NCBI GenBank assembly: GCA_043228905.1 | Contig: JBHGNT010000004.1 | Span: 12,338,001-12,402,000 of the forward strand | Direction: 5' to 3' | DNA length: 64,000 nt | Source of the DNA: Azolla caroliniana | Lineage: Eukaryota; Plantae; Polypodiophyta | Shown: positions 50,201 to 61,953 of the stretch, in pieces | Numbering within the stretch: the first letter of the stretch is position 1 | Layout of the letters: each line of letters starts with the position of its first letter | Translations under genes and position numbers: made by a program | Notes under the pieces: model-generated | What the model saw: the letters and a program-made list of their open reading frames with translations, nothing else | The model's database searches: none | Told to the model about the DNA's origin: nothing

Positions 50201-52830
50201 AACCCGCTTCTTAGTCCTTACCGGCTCCACTGGTGGCACCAAAAGAGTTAGCCATTGAGCCATGGCTGTCCATAATTTATTACCGTTCTGCACTGATGCT
50301 ATCGTTGTCCGCAAGAAATCGGCGATAATTATTGACCAATCCACTTGCACCCCTGTGTACGTAGCAATGATGAAACCGGATTTGTCCTTTGGCATTGTTG
50401 GGGGTTGGGGGTACACAAACCCATACTCGTGGAGGACACGAGCCACTTCTCTGAACAGGGGGTCCTCGCCGCCCTGTGTCTGGTGAGCCTTACTAGCGAG
50501 GGAATATTCGCCAAAAAACTTGGTGAGAATTTCAGGAGAAGGGTTCTCGATGGCTTCCTCTGTTATGACTTCCGTGTCGATTTTCTGCACGACTTCTTCT
50601 ATTTCGTCGTGCGACGGTGTCTCTGCTATCCTCAAGAAGCCTCCCAACCCATGTTGGTTTAACCACTTTTTGGCTATTTCGAAAATTGCCATCGGTTCCA
50701 TCTCATCATCTGGTTCTATGGGGTTGGGTAGGGACGATATGCTTGTATGTGCTTCTTGTGTCCGTCTGCTCACTTGGATTGTCCTTTGTGTGCTCAGTGC
50801 TCTGTGTTCGCGAAATGAAAGGGACTCTGCGAGGCGGAGGTTTTCTATTCCCATGCTTGGTGCCTTTCTCGATTCTCGCGCATGCACATCGTGTACTATA
50901 ATAGCAACTGTGTGACACGTGGTGTGCTTTAACTAGGCTTTAAATAGCCACTACACACCTTTCCGAGGTGTCCGTTCGTTCCTCGCCTTTGCATGATGAT
51001 CTTTTTTTTTTTTACCCGGTAACCCTGGGTCCCTTGTCTTCATGGTTGCCGACCAACTGTTTGCCGCTACCTATTTCCGCATTGTTCTCCAATTGATGAA
51101 ATGGGTTCTATGGCATGGGTCCATAATATGGTTTAAGTCGGAACCCATTTACCCACTTGTCCAACACCTTGCCGGCTAGCGTTCCCAACGGATATGAGCT
51201 GTTGAACTCTCGCGTTATCCAATATGGTCCGGTCCACTGGAACTGTAGCTTCCCTGGTATCTTGCCCATCCGGGTTTGGAACACTAGTACCAGCTTGATG
51301 ATTTCAAACATCTTCTCGTTACCCATTCGGTGGTGGTCGACGAATGCTTTCCTTCGTCGTTGCTCGAGTTCCATCTACATTAGGCTCGCTATTCGGTGCT
51401 CCTCCAACTCGCATAGTGCTGTTAATAGGATTTTTTCCGACTCCTTCTCGCTCAACCGCTCCGGGAACTATATCCGTAAGCTTAGAATCTGGAATTCAAT
51501 TGGCATCACAGCTTCGAGACCAAATGCTACCCGGAATGGTGTTGTCCGGATACTTGTTTTGTATGTCGTTTGGTACACCCATAACGCGCTATGCAGCTTT
51601 GTATCCCAATCAGTTTGGTTCTCATTGAGAATCTTCCGGAGAATGTTTTGCAGAGTTTTATTGGTGGATTCAGCCAATCCATTGGCCTGGGGGTAATAAG
51701 GGGTGCTTCGCTTGTGTACAACCACATGAAATGTTGTTAGGCTTTCCACCACGTGGTCGAGGAAGTGTCGACCTTGGTCACTGATTAATTCGATTGGAAA
51801 TCCATACCGGCACCAGATGTACTCGTACAGGAACTTTGTCATTGACGCCGCGGTATTGTCACGTAGTGCCTTGGCTTCCACCCATTTTGTACAGTAATCT
51901 GTGGCAACAATTATGTACCTGTTGCTGGTGCGCATTGTTGGCTGGTGCGGCATGCGCGCTTGTTCCGTTGGCCGGCCCATTCTTTGACACAAATCACATT
52001 CCTTCGTATATCGGAAGGAGTCCTTTAGTGTCATTGGCCACCATAAGCCGCTGCGCCATATTTTCCTTGCCGTAGCTTCACCGGCATAATGTCCTCCGGC
52101 GACCCCACAATGCAATTCCCGTAAAATGGTGTCTTTTTCATTACTCCTGACCGCTCGTTGCCATATGTCGTCCGCTCCTTTATGATACAGTGTATCCTGC
52201 ACTAGACAAAAGTGTCGGCTTTGCACCGCCAACCGTTTATGTTCATCCCGGTTCATTTCCTCTGGGGTAGTCTGGTGCTTAAGAACTGGTGCATATTCGT
52301 TAGCCTTTTGTCCTCGTCCGCAACCGTCCCATCTACCGTGGTTTCCGTTGTAATTTTAAACAATATGGCATCCGGAAATTCATCTTGAACACCATCACTG
52401 GCCTCTCCAGATTCTAACCGGCTCAAGTAATCGGCAACCGCATGTTGTATACTTGACGGGTGATAGATCTCAAATTCAAATTCTTGTAATAATAATGTCC
52501 ACCGGACCAACTTGCTGTTGAGTGATGCCTTCGAGACCAAGTATAAAAGTGTTGAATGGTCTACATGGAATGAAAACTTGCGACCCAACAAATAATGTCG
52601 GGATTTGGTGACATTGTATATCATTCCTAGGGTTTCTCTTTCCATAGTGGAATAATTCTGCTTCGCCTTTGACAGCTTCCGGCTAGCGTAGTACACCGGA
52701 CGGTACCACTTCGGTTCGGTAAGTTGCATGAGTACACTGCTGATTGCGATATCTGACGCGTCCACAAAGACATGGAACTCTTTTGACCAGTCAGAGGGTT
52801 GTACCACTAGTGCTTGTGACAACATTACCT
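47235..52830 (-). mobile_element. Gypsy E (Athila/Tat-like) 3' part: RNase H, integrase, large extra ORF, putative LTR ~47235-47753
   Basis: FHVFVDASD, VADYLSR, GGHY..CDLCQ, SDQG, QANGLAE, WTGPY; extra coding region ~50887 down to ~47900. The LTR limits are uncertain and no clear PPT was seen. Confidence 0.75.
49346..49915 (+). mobile_element. Solo LTR, Copia D-related, 570 bp
   Basis: TG...CA termini, TSD CTAGC on both sides, shares its 5' end and TATA region with the Copia D LTR. Confidence 0.93.
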
Positions 52831-55185
52831 TGAGTGCGCGGCAAGCAGAGTTCTCTACTACTTTGCATCGTGTGTGAGTGATCAAGTCTTGAGCTATATT
52901 CGAGATGCCAGGACGCCGAAGGATGCTTGGGGAAATCTGAAGAAGCGTTTCGCTGCGACTACCAAAGCCAAAAAGCTTCAACTCAAACAGGACCTGAGCA
53001 ACATGCGACAAAGAGACATTTCGGTGGCTGACTACACCTCCAAGTTCAAGGTGATTTGGGACTCTCTCGCCTTTGTCAACGTGAACTTCGATGAGGATGA
53101 AATGGTGTAGGTTTTCCTCAGAGGGTTGACGTCGAAATTCGGAGCATTCCGAATGCTGATCTACATGAGGAAGAATACGCCTTCGTTCTTCTAGCTACAA
53201 TCAATGTTGCTCGTAGAAGAAAACCACTCGGGTGCATTGACAAGTACACACACTAGCATCAAGATGTTATATACGGAGGCAGATCGGGCACGTGGTCGTG
53301 GTGGTTGAGGTGGGTCGGTACGTAAGGGAAGCGGACGACAAGAACAAAACTTGAGGTATAATCGAAATGCCGACAACAGTTTCAGACCACCCCTAACGGG
53401 TAGGGGGAGTCAAGGCGGCGCCGGAGGTCGGCAACGAAAGGTCGAGATAGACTGTTGGTATTGTGGCTAGAAGGGTCAGAAAGAGATCGAGTGCTGGAAA
53501 AAGCGAGCTGATTCGAAGAAGGCCGGATCGAGCGGAGGAGACGCAAATAGGCGTTAGAGATCACACTACGTTGAAAGCTCAAGGCGAGCCGAAATGGGCC
53601 CGGCCTTCATGATGAGACACAAAGCCAACTCAATGGTGGTGAACACCTCAAGGTCGAACGAGTTGTGGTATGTGCATTAGGGTGCGTCGAACCACATGAC
53701 GATGGAGAGCGCCCATGAGCGATGGTCTAGCCTTCTTCTTCAATGACTCTCGAGATGCTTCATTGAAGAAGAAGGCTAGACCATCGCGCATGGGCGTCGA
53801 GAAGGGAGGATGTTCATCCTCGAAACGAATGACATACGCACCGCTATGTTCACAAAGGGGCAAAAAGTCGAATTGGACTTGGACTTGTGGCACAAGCAGT
53901 TCGGTCACGTCAACTTCCCGCGGCTTTGAGAGATACAGACGAAAAACAAATCATTTTCGGCTTGTCGAAATTCGGTAGCCGAAATAGCCATGTCTGCAAA
54001 GCTTGGCAGTTAGGGAAGAATCACCGACTTCCATTCCCAAATGAAAGAAATCGGAGCCGAAACAAGCTCGATGTGATCCATTCGGATGTAAGGGGACAAA
54101 TGTAGAATGTGAGTATAGGTGGAAGTCATTAGTTTTTAATCTTCATCGATGATTACACTCAACACACTTGTGTGTGCTTGATTGAGAAGAAAAGCAAAGT
54201 CTTCTCCTGCTTCATAAAGGTGAAGAGCCTTGCTGAATGAGAGACAGGCTGAAAAATTAAGTGCCTAAGGTCCGATGGTGGGAAAGAGTACTACTCTGAC
54301 TAGTTCTCTAACTATCTACAAAAGGAAGGAATTTAACGTGAATTCTCCTGCAGATATACGCCTCACCAAAACGTTGTGGCAATGATGAAGAATTGGACGA
54401 TTGAAGAAGCGACCAAGGCGATGCTTGAGGAGAAGCATATGCCCAAATTAAACTAGGCCGAAACCGTCAGAACAACGGTATACCTGCAGAATCCGACTTC
54501 TGCGAATGGAGGAGTGTCGTCACACAAGCTGTACTTCAGGAAGAAGCCAAATTTGGCACACTTGCGGGTTTTCGGTAGCATTACGTATATGCATGTGCCG
54601 GAGGAAAAGCGGAGGAACCTAGATGCGAAGGCCGAAAAATGCATTCTCGCCGGGTACTTGGATGAGCAAAAGAGCTATAAGTGTTATAACCCTTGATCGA
54701 GAGCGGTCCGAGTAGGCCAAGATGTCATTTTCGATGAGTCGTCTTCGTGCTACCTGCCTTTACCTCCAACTCCCATCCACTCCATTCTGAACTCTGAGGA
54801 CGAGGTCAGTGAGGCAGAGATTTCCCCTGATGAAGATAAAATTGGAACTCTAGAAGAAATTTGATCTCATTTCAGCTAAGTGGGCCAAATGAGCATTGTG
54901 TTGAACAAACTAGTAAGATGAAGAGCCGGTGAGTAGTTGAGACTCGGCCGTGTAGTCCTCGTGCCAGAAACCGAGGAGATGATATACACCCAAGGAGAAA
55001 GGAAAGAGAAAGATGCTGGAATATGGCACTGAGGCCGAAATGTTGGATCGAAGTGAATCTGACACGGCTAGAAGCAAGGAGGGACCTCCGAAAACGAGGT
55101 CGAGGTCAACCGAGAGGGCTACGAAATCGGCGAACCAGAAGTTGCACCGATCCACCCACCAAAGGAGTCTTGTAATTCGGTATGG
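52831..55185 (+). mobile_element. Copia F (A-family) decayed gag, protease and integrase
   Basis: LSYIRDARTPKDAWGNLKK gag paralogous to 15515; HSDV, SDGGKEY, AHLRVFGS; interrupted by the Gypsy G LTR. Confidence 0.85.
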
Positions 55186-57222
55186 TGTCGTGGTGTACTT
55201 TGTACACTACGTAAAATATGTGTGGAGTATCTGATTGACTAAGTATGAAGAAATAGGAGAAATACTACAATAATTATGCTACATGCATAGGGCAGGATTT
55301 GAACCCTGTACCTCCATGTTAACAATTTTAGCCTTACCATTGTACTAACATATTATGAGTTTTAAAGTTATACTAAACTTTATCCCATGTAAATATTCTA
55401 GGTAAGCATGATAGAAAAAGTTATTCATGCATACACACTCATGTTAAAAGAAAAGATGTGATAAGCTAATCATGCACATGTAGTGTGCATGAAAACTAAA
55501 GTTAGAAAAAACATGATGTTTGCGTGTGATAAACTTAAACTCTTCCATCACTATATAAGAAAGAGAGAAAGATGTATAAGGGTTGTTGATTTTTTATAAG
55601 GGTTGATTAATATAAAATATTCGTGGGATTCACGATTTTGCCATCTATTTCTCTCTTACAATCTAAGTATCAATTAATACACTATACTCGTGGGATTCAC
55701 AAGTTTCATATCTTCATCTTGCAATCTATTCATAACTAACCTTATGTCATATTCTTCTTTCTCCTAGTCCAAAACCTGAGTGATTCCCACCCAAACTCAC
55801 GGAAGCGATCTGGAGCGAAAGGCCCGACACAGTGGTGATATATTTCTAAAAACACCAATTAATAAATTATATTCGTGGGATTCACGAAATAACTATACTC
55901 GTGGGATTCCCGAGGTTTCTATATCTCTCTTTCAATCCAAATTCATATTCTTATCTAGATATTGATTAATAAAATACATTATACTTGTGGGATTCAGAAG
56001 TTTCAATCTCTCTTTCTTATAATCTACTCATAACTAGATTAGCCTCAAATTCTTCCTCCTCCTAGTCCAAAACCCCGGCGGTTCCTACCCAACTCACGCA
56101 ACGATCCGGCGCCGAAAGGCACGACACAGTTGGTGAACCCGACGTGAAAACGGGTGGCAAGGAGATAGAAAATCAACAAGAGGCTAACAACATGATGGCG
56201 ATGTTCGAGCGGATGCTACAAGAACAACGCGCGATGTTGGAGATTGCGGTGGCAATAGAGCGGCTCGTGCAACGTAATGGGCAATTCAATGGGAAGGATG
56301 TGTCGCGATATTTGCGGAATTACAAGGTGGAAATGCTACAATGCGGAATATCGGAAGGATTGCATGTGACATCCTTCAATCGAGTGGCTACGGACTGGCT
56401 TAAAGGGAGTATCCACGGGATATGACAACAAAATCTGACATGGGAAGCATTTGAAGAAGCGTTAAAGACCCCGTTGACCATCAAGGACTTCTCTAAGGCA
56501 ACGCGGAGGGGATTCGAAGATTGGGTGGAAACGCCAGACAAGGGGCTGAAGGTCCTCGATGTGTTTTCAACATTCGAAAGTCAGTTCGGGAGGTTGTCTG
56601 CGAGAGATCAAGTTATCCTCGCACCGGACAAAGTGATCATGTTCTTACGAGCCGTCGATGTCTGGGATTGGAAAGATCTTGGAATGCTTGTGGAGGACAC
56701 CACTACTGAGAGTGGCCTCACCAATACATGGGAAAACGTGTGGGACATCGTCGCACAATACACAAAGAGGGGGCAATGGCTTGGTAGTGAAGAAAAGAGG
56801 GTTTCGGAACCAATTCCGAAACCAAGATCCGGATTAGAAGACCATCAACCGTGGGCTCGGGAGACTATGACCGAGAAGGGAATCGATGCAACCACGGTGG
56901 AGCAATTGCTGAAGGAGATGGAGAATCTAAAAATCGTGATCGTCCCACAAGTTCCAAGTATATGGACCGTTGATGCATATGGTGTGATAGCACCGAACAT
57001 GATCGGAGGGATTGCGATGCGCACAAGGAGGTGCTACGATGGGATCTTATCTACTATAAGAGAAATCAGATTCATTCGATGGACTCTCGGAAGCCACTCC
57101 GACCGAACTTCTGAAAAGGCGGCATGAAGAAGGTCGTAGAAGAGGAAATAACGGCAAAAAGGAATTATACGACAACCGCGGGGATACGTGTAGGTGAGTC
57201 CTCTGGAGCAAAGACGTCTTTT
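55186..57222 (+). mobile_element. Gypsy G (B-like): 5' LTR with duplicated 3' part, Trp PBS and decayed gag
   Basis: LTR TGTCGTG...CACGACA 55186-56126, PBS 56131-56148, gag FNGKDVSRYL homologous to Gypsy B gag. Confidence 0.85.
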
Positions 57223-60200
57223 TGGCCGCCTCTTGACTAGTAATCGACTTTGTACGTGCCATGAAATTGCCAGTTTGGTAAATCGATCAACCATTGTGAG
57301 AATTGCATCAAAACCTTTTGAAACTGGGAGATCAGTAATGAAGTCCTAGGATATAGACTTCCAAGGAGTTTCCGGAATGGGAAGTGATTGTAGTAAGCCA
57401 TAGGATCGGTGATGAGGACTCTTTGATTGACAACATATATCACAGCTCCGAACATACTCCTCAACAAAATGACAAAGGCGAGGCCACCAATAGCGTTCAG
57501 AAATTAATTCTAGAGTCTTGTGAACTCCAAAATGACCAGCCATTGGTGAGTCATGGCAATCTTGTAAAACTTGTAGTCGTGGGGGACCATCAAGAACATA
57601 CAATAGATTTTGTCGAAACAAAAAACCACCATGCCAATAGAACTGACGATAGTCATTACGAGGATTTTTCGAGCAAGAAGCACAATCCGGGACGATATGA
57701 TCCAAAACATCCTTGACGAAATCATCAATGGCCATATGATCTCGAATGGAATCAAGAAGAGTGGAATTTTCAAGAGTTGTTATGGCGTTAACTACCATTA
57801 ATCGTAATCGATTAGGACCCAAAAGGATTTATTTTTGATGCTCAAATGCAAGTTCCCCTGGACGAAGTTCCATATAAGAGTGTCGAGAAAGAGCATCTGC
57901 TTTGCCTTACTGCATCCCAGGGCGATATATGATGATAAAGTCGAAGTGAGTCAAAAATTGCGCCCACCGGGCTTGTCACTGACTCAAGACTCGAGCATTT
58001 TGGAAATAAGTCAGGTTCTTATGATCATTGTAGACAGTGATCTGCTGAGAAGAACCTTCTAGAAAATGTCACCATTGTTGAAATGAATCCACAATTGCAA
58101 GAAGGTCTTTGTCATGGATCTCATAGTCGATCTCTACAGCTTCAAACTTTCGTGAATGAAAGGCGACAGGGTGTAGTTTTCCATCATCTCCAGTCTACGA
58201 GTGGACACTCCCAAGTGCAAAATCGGATGCATCGGCTTCGAGGATGAAGCATTTTGTTGGGTCGACATATGCTAAGATAGGTGCCATTGTAAATGCTCGT
58301 TTTAAGCTTCCGAATGCCTCGGCTGCATCTGAACTCCATATAAATGGCTGATCTTTATATGTGAGTTGAGTAAGCGGAAGCACAACCTTGGAATAATCTT
58401 TAATAAATTTTCGATAAAAATTTGCAAACCCGAGAAAACATTGCACATCACGCACTAAAAGGGGCGTTTGCCACTCTAAAATGGCTTGTACCTTCATGGG
58501 GTCCATAGCAATACCATCTAATGATACAACATACCACAAAAATTCCACTTGATTCTAGCCGAAACTACACTTTTCTAATTTTGCGTAGAGACCATATTCT
58601 CAGAGTCAACATAGTACCTGACGAACATGTTCATCATGCTCCTCTTGGGTCTTTGAGTACATTAAAATATGATCTAGGTAAACTATAGTGAAGATATCAC
58701 GAAAATATCGAAAAATATAGTTCGCCATATGTTGGAAAATAGCAGATGCATTCGTGAGACTGAATGGCATCACAGTATACTCAAAATGTCCATAGCGAGT
58801 GCGAAAAGTTGTCTTCCATTCATCCCTTGCGCAAATCCGAACTAGATTATATGCTCCGTGAAGGTCCAATTTTGTGAAATATTTTGCACCACTGAGACGT
58901 TCGAAAAGATTCAGGATTAATGGTAGAGCATATCTATTCCGAATAGTCACTTTTTTTAGCCCTCAATAATCCACGACCAATCGAAGAGTCTCATTCTTCT
59001 TCTTAATGAAGAAGATAGGTGCACCAGCAGGGGATCTAGAATGCCGAATGAATTCGTTTGCCAGATTCTCGTCAATATATTCCCGCGAAGTCTCTAGCTC
59101 TACAGGGGAGGGATTAGAAATTGGGCCCCATGGAGGTTCTTTCCCTGGTTGTAAGTCAATAGGGCAGTTGTATGGCCGATGCTCCGGCAATGTATTCGCC
59201 TTCAACTTATCCAAGACATCTGAAAACTCCTTGTATTTCTCTGGTAGTTTAATTTCTGCTTCACGTTGTCGTAGTGTATTCCACACACTGCGTGAAAACC
59301 ATAAAATAATATATCCGATTTTAGATACATATAAATAAATAAATAATATATCAAAATATTTCTCACGTGCATAAGGCAAGATTCAAACCCTATACCTCCA
59401 CGTAGCCAAACCTCAACTTTACCATTATGCTACCTTATCTTTAGTGTTCTACAAATAGATTTAATAACTATAAGTGCTTTATTTGCGCCTACCTTTATTA
59501 AAAGGTAAATCATGCATTTTTAGAGTGCGTGAATATTTTATAGAAAAACGCAAGCAACTAAAAAGTGACTCATGCACATCTAGCGTGCATGAGCACTATA
59601 TTTAGCAAATAAAAGCAAGGATTAGAAAAGCATCACATGCACATTTAGTGTGCATGAACATATTAGAAAAAAGCATGTAGCTATGCTTAGTCTTTCCCAT
59701 CACTATATAAGGATGGGGAGCACATTGTAGTTTTTGTTGATTTTTTTTCTATAATGATCAATCAATCTAAAATATTCGTGGGATTCACGAATTTGCTAAA
59801 ATAATTCTCTCTTACTACCTAAATATTGACTAAATATACTAAACTCGTGGGGTTCACAAGATTCTTATGTTATAACTCTTTATACCTATTCTTTACTAGC
59901 CTTATTTGTATTTTTCTTCCTCCTAGTCCAAAACCTCGGCGGTTCCCACTCGATTCACGCAACAATCCGGAGCCGAAAGGCACGACAACATGAAGTGGAT
60001 GATGGAATTGCTACTATTGTGAAGACGAACATGGCCTCATTCCCCCTTTCCTGCCGCAACTATCGTAAAGAGTGGTCGATAACTCCAGGGATTTATTATC
60101 ACATGTAGGAGAGAGGGATGTGGGGTTTGTGCTTTTCTCCCAGGTCTCCTCAATTGTTCTTTTCATGCAATCAATCTTTGGGTTCCCGGGGAGACCTAGA

Positions 60201-61391
60201 ACTATTGGGTGTTCCGGACTACGAATAATGTTGAAAGAGATTATGCTTGCCAAATCGCCAAGGACTATCCTAATTGGCCCGGACTCCTCGACTATATCTC
60301 CTGATGCTATGGGACGTCCATCAATGACTCCTATGGCTACTGGGCTAGGAAGCTTATTCATGAGGATGTTTTGTGACAAGGCAAATTCACGATCCATGAA
60401 ACAAGAGTTGGCTCCAGAATCTAGGAGGCCAAAGGCTAGGACTTGATGACATGTAGATGTGGTAAGCTCGACTTGTGCTGAAAAAGCTCTACTCACTTGA
60501 TTTGATGAAATGGAACCATGACTAGGAACTAACTCTACATAGCTAGGATGGTCCAGCCAAATGACTCCTATTTTGGCCGGACTTACTCGTTTAACACATA
60601 CTCTAATTGACTCAAGACATCAAATCTATTCTCCTGGCATGGACTATGAGGCTTACTTATCTTATTGGAAGTAACAATAGAACTCGATGTAGGGTTTTCA
60701 TGGCCACTTACTTGGTATACTTGACGCCTAGGTTTATGTGGACAATTTACAACTATATGTCCTGAACCGCCACAATATAGGCAGAGGCGATGCGCTCGAC
60801 GTCGATGCATCTTAGCATCTGATAACGGCCGACGACGTTGTGTTGACTCTATTTCCATCGGAGTTGGGCCATCCCTTCTTATGGGTCTAGAAACGTGTGG
60901 AGGCGTTGCGACTACGGAAGTGTAAGTTTGCTTAGGTTGGCGGCGTAACATTTGTTTGGCGCTTAGAGCGTCGCTCAAATAGACGATTATCACATCGCAC
61001 GACTTGACTAATGGCTTCTGTAAGCGACTTCAGAGCTTCAGGGAAAGTAAGAAGAAGATCTTGGACATCATTTCGCAAACCTTGACGGAATTGGTCCATT
61101 AAGGCTGCCTCATCCCAAGGGATATCACATGCCAAGAGATGGAGATCGGCTGCGTAAACTGACGCGAGATTGAGAACACTCTAGAATGTTCTAGGTTATC
61201 CTAGAATGCAGAGTAATCTAGAAGATTCCAATGATATTAGATTTCATATTCTAAAAACTATACATATAAGAATATTAATACAATGGTTAAGGATTTGACA
61301 TATGTACAACAAGGTCGTGGGTTTAAATCTTTTTGAGTCATAATGTGAGTGTCATGATCCTTTCGATGCATGATGTGAGTGTTATCATGAC
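57222..61391 (-). mobile_element. Gypsy H (Tcn1-like), decayed: partial 5' LTR, gag, protease, RT, RNase H, partial integrase
   Basis: LTR start TGTCATGA at 61391; [54 protein letters not shown]. Confidence 0.88.
59267..59987 (+). mobile_element. Solo LTR of the Gypsy G family, 721 bp, inserted in H
   Basis: TGTCGTAG...CACGACA termini, homologous to 55186-56126, 4-bp TSD ACGT/ACAT. Confidence 0.88.
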
Positions 61392-61953
61392 AGACATTGG
61401 CCGAACACCTTCAGTGCGTGCAAATGATATTGTGATATATCAACGACACTAAGGATAGGGCGTTGTTGTATCAGGCAGGAGTAGCTGATGAGTTAGTTGG
61501 CTACACGACTGCCGATTGGGCCGGAAATGGCAGCGATCCCAGGTCAACGTTTGGATTCCTGTTTTCACTAGGAAGCCTCGTGATCACCTGGAGCAGTAAA
61601 AAGCAGCCGATAGTGGCACTGTCAAGCACCGACGCCAAGTATCGAGGGGCGGCTGTCACTACATGCGAAGCCATTTGGCTCAAACGGTTGTTGAAGGATT
61701 TGCATGTAGAGGTGTCAGAGCCGATGGTAATATACTATGACAACCTCAACAACATCCAACTCGCGAAGAACCCTATCTTCCACACCTGTACAAAGCACAT
61801 CGAAGTGCACTCTCATTTTGACCACGATCAAGTCCTCTCTAGAGAAGTCGAACTGGTGTATGTTCTAATTGATCGGCAGGCTGCCGATATCTTCACCAAA
61901 CCTCTTGGCCTAGACAAGTTACACGAATTCTTGGGCATGCTTGGCATACAACA
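61392..61953 (+). pseudogene. Copia A-family end of RT and RNase H, probably the continuation of Copia F
   Basis: ADWAG..RST.G, WSSKKQ.VALSS, KHIEVH, ADIFTKPL. Confidence 0.8.

Noticed and set aside
52253-53011. 252-aa ORF as a single protein
   Set aside because: Chimera of antisense Copia F gag and Gypsy E RNase H across the junction near 52830.
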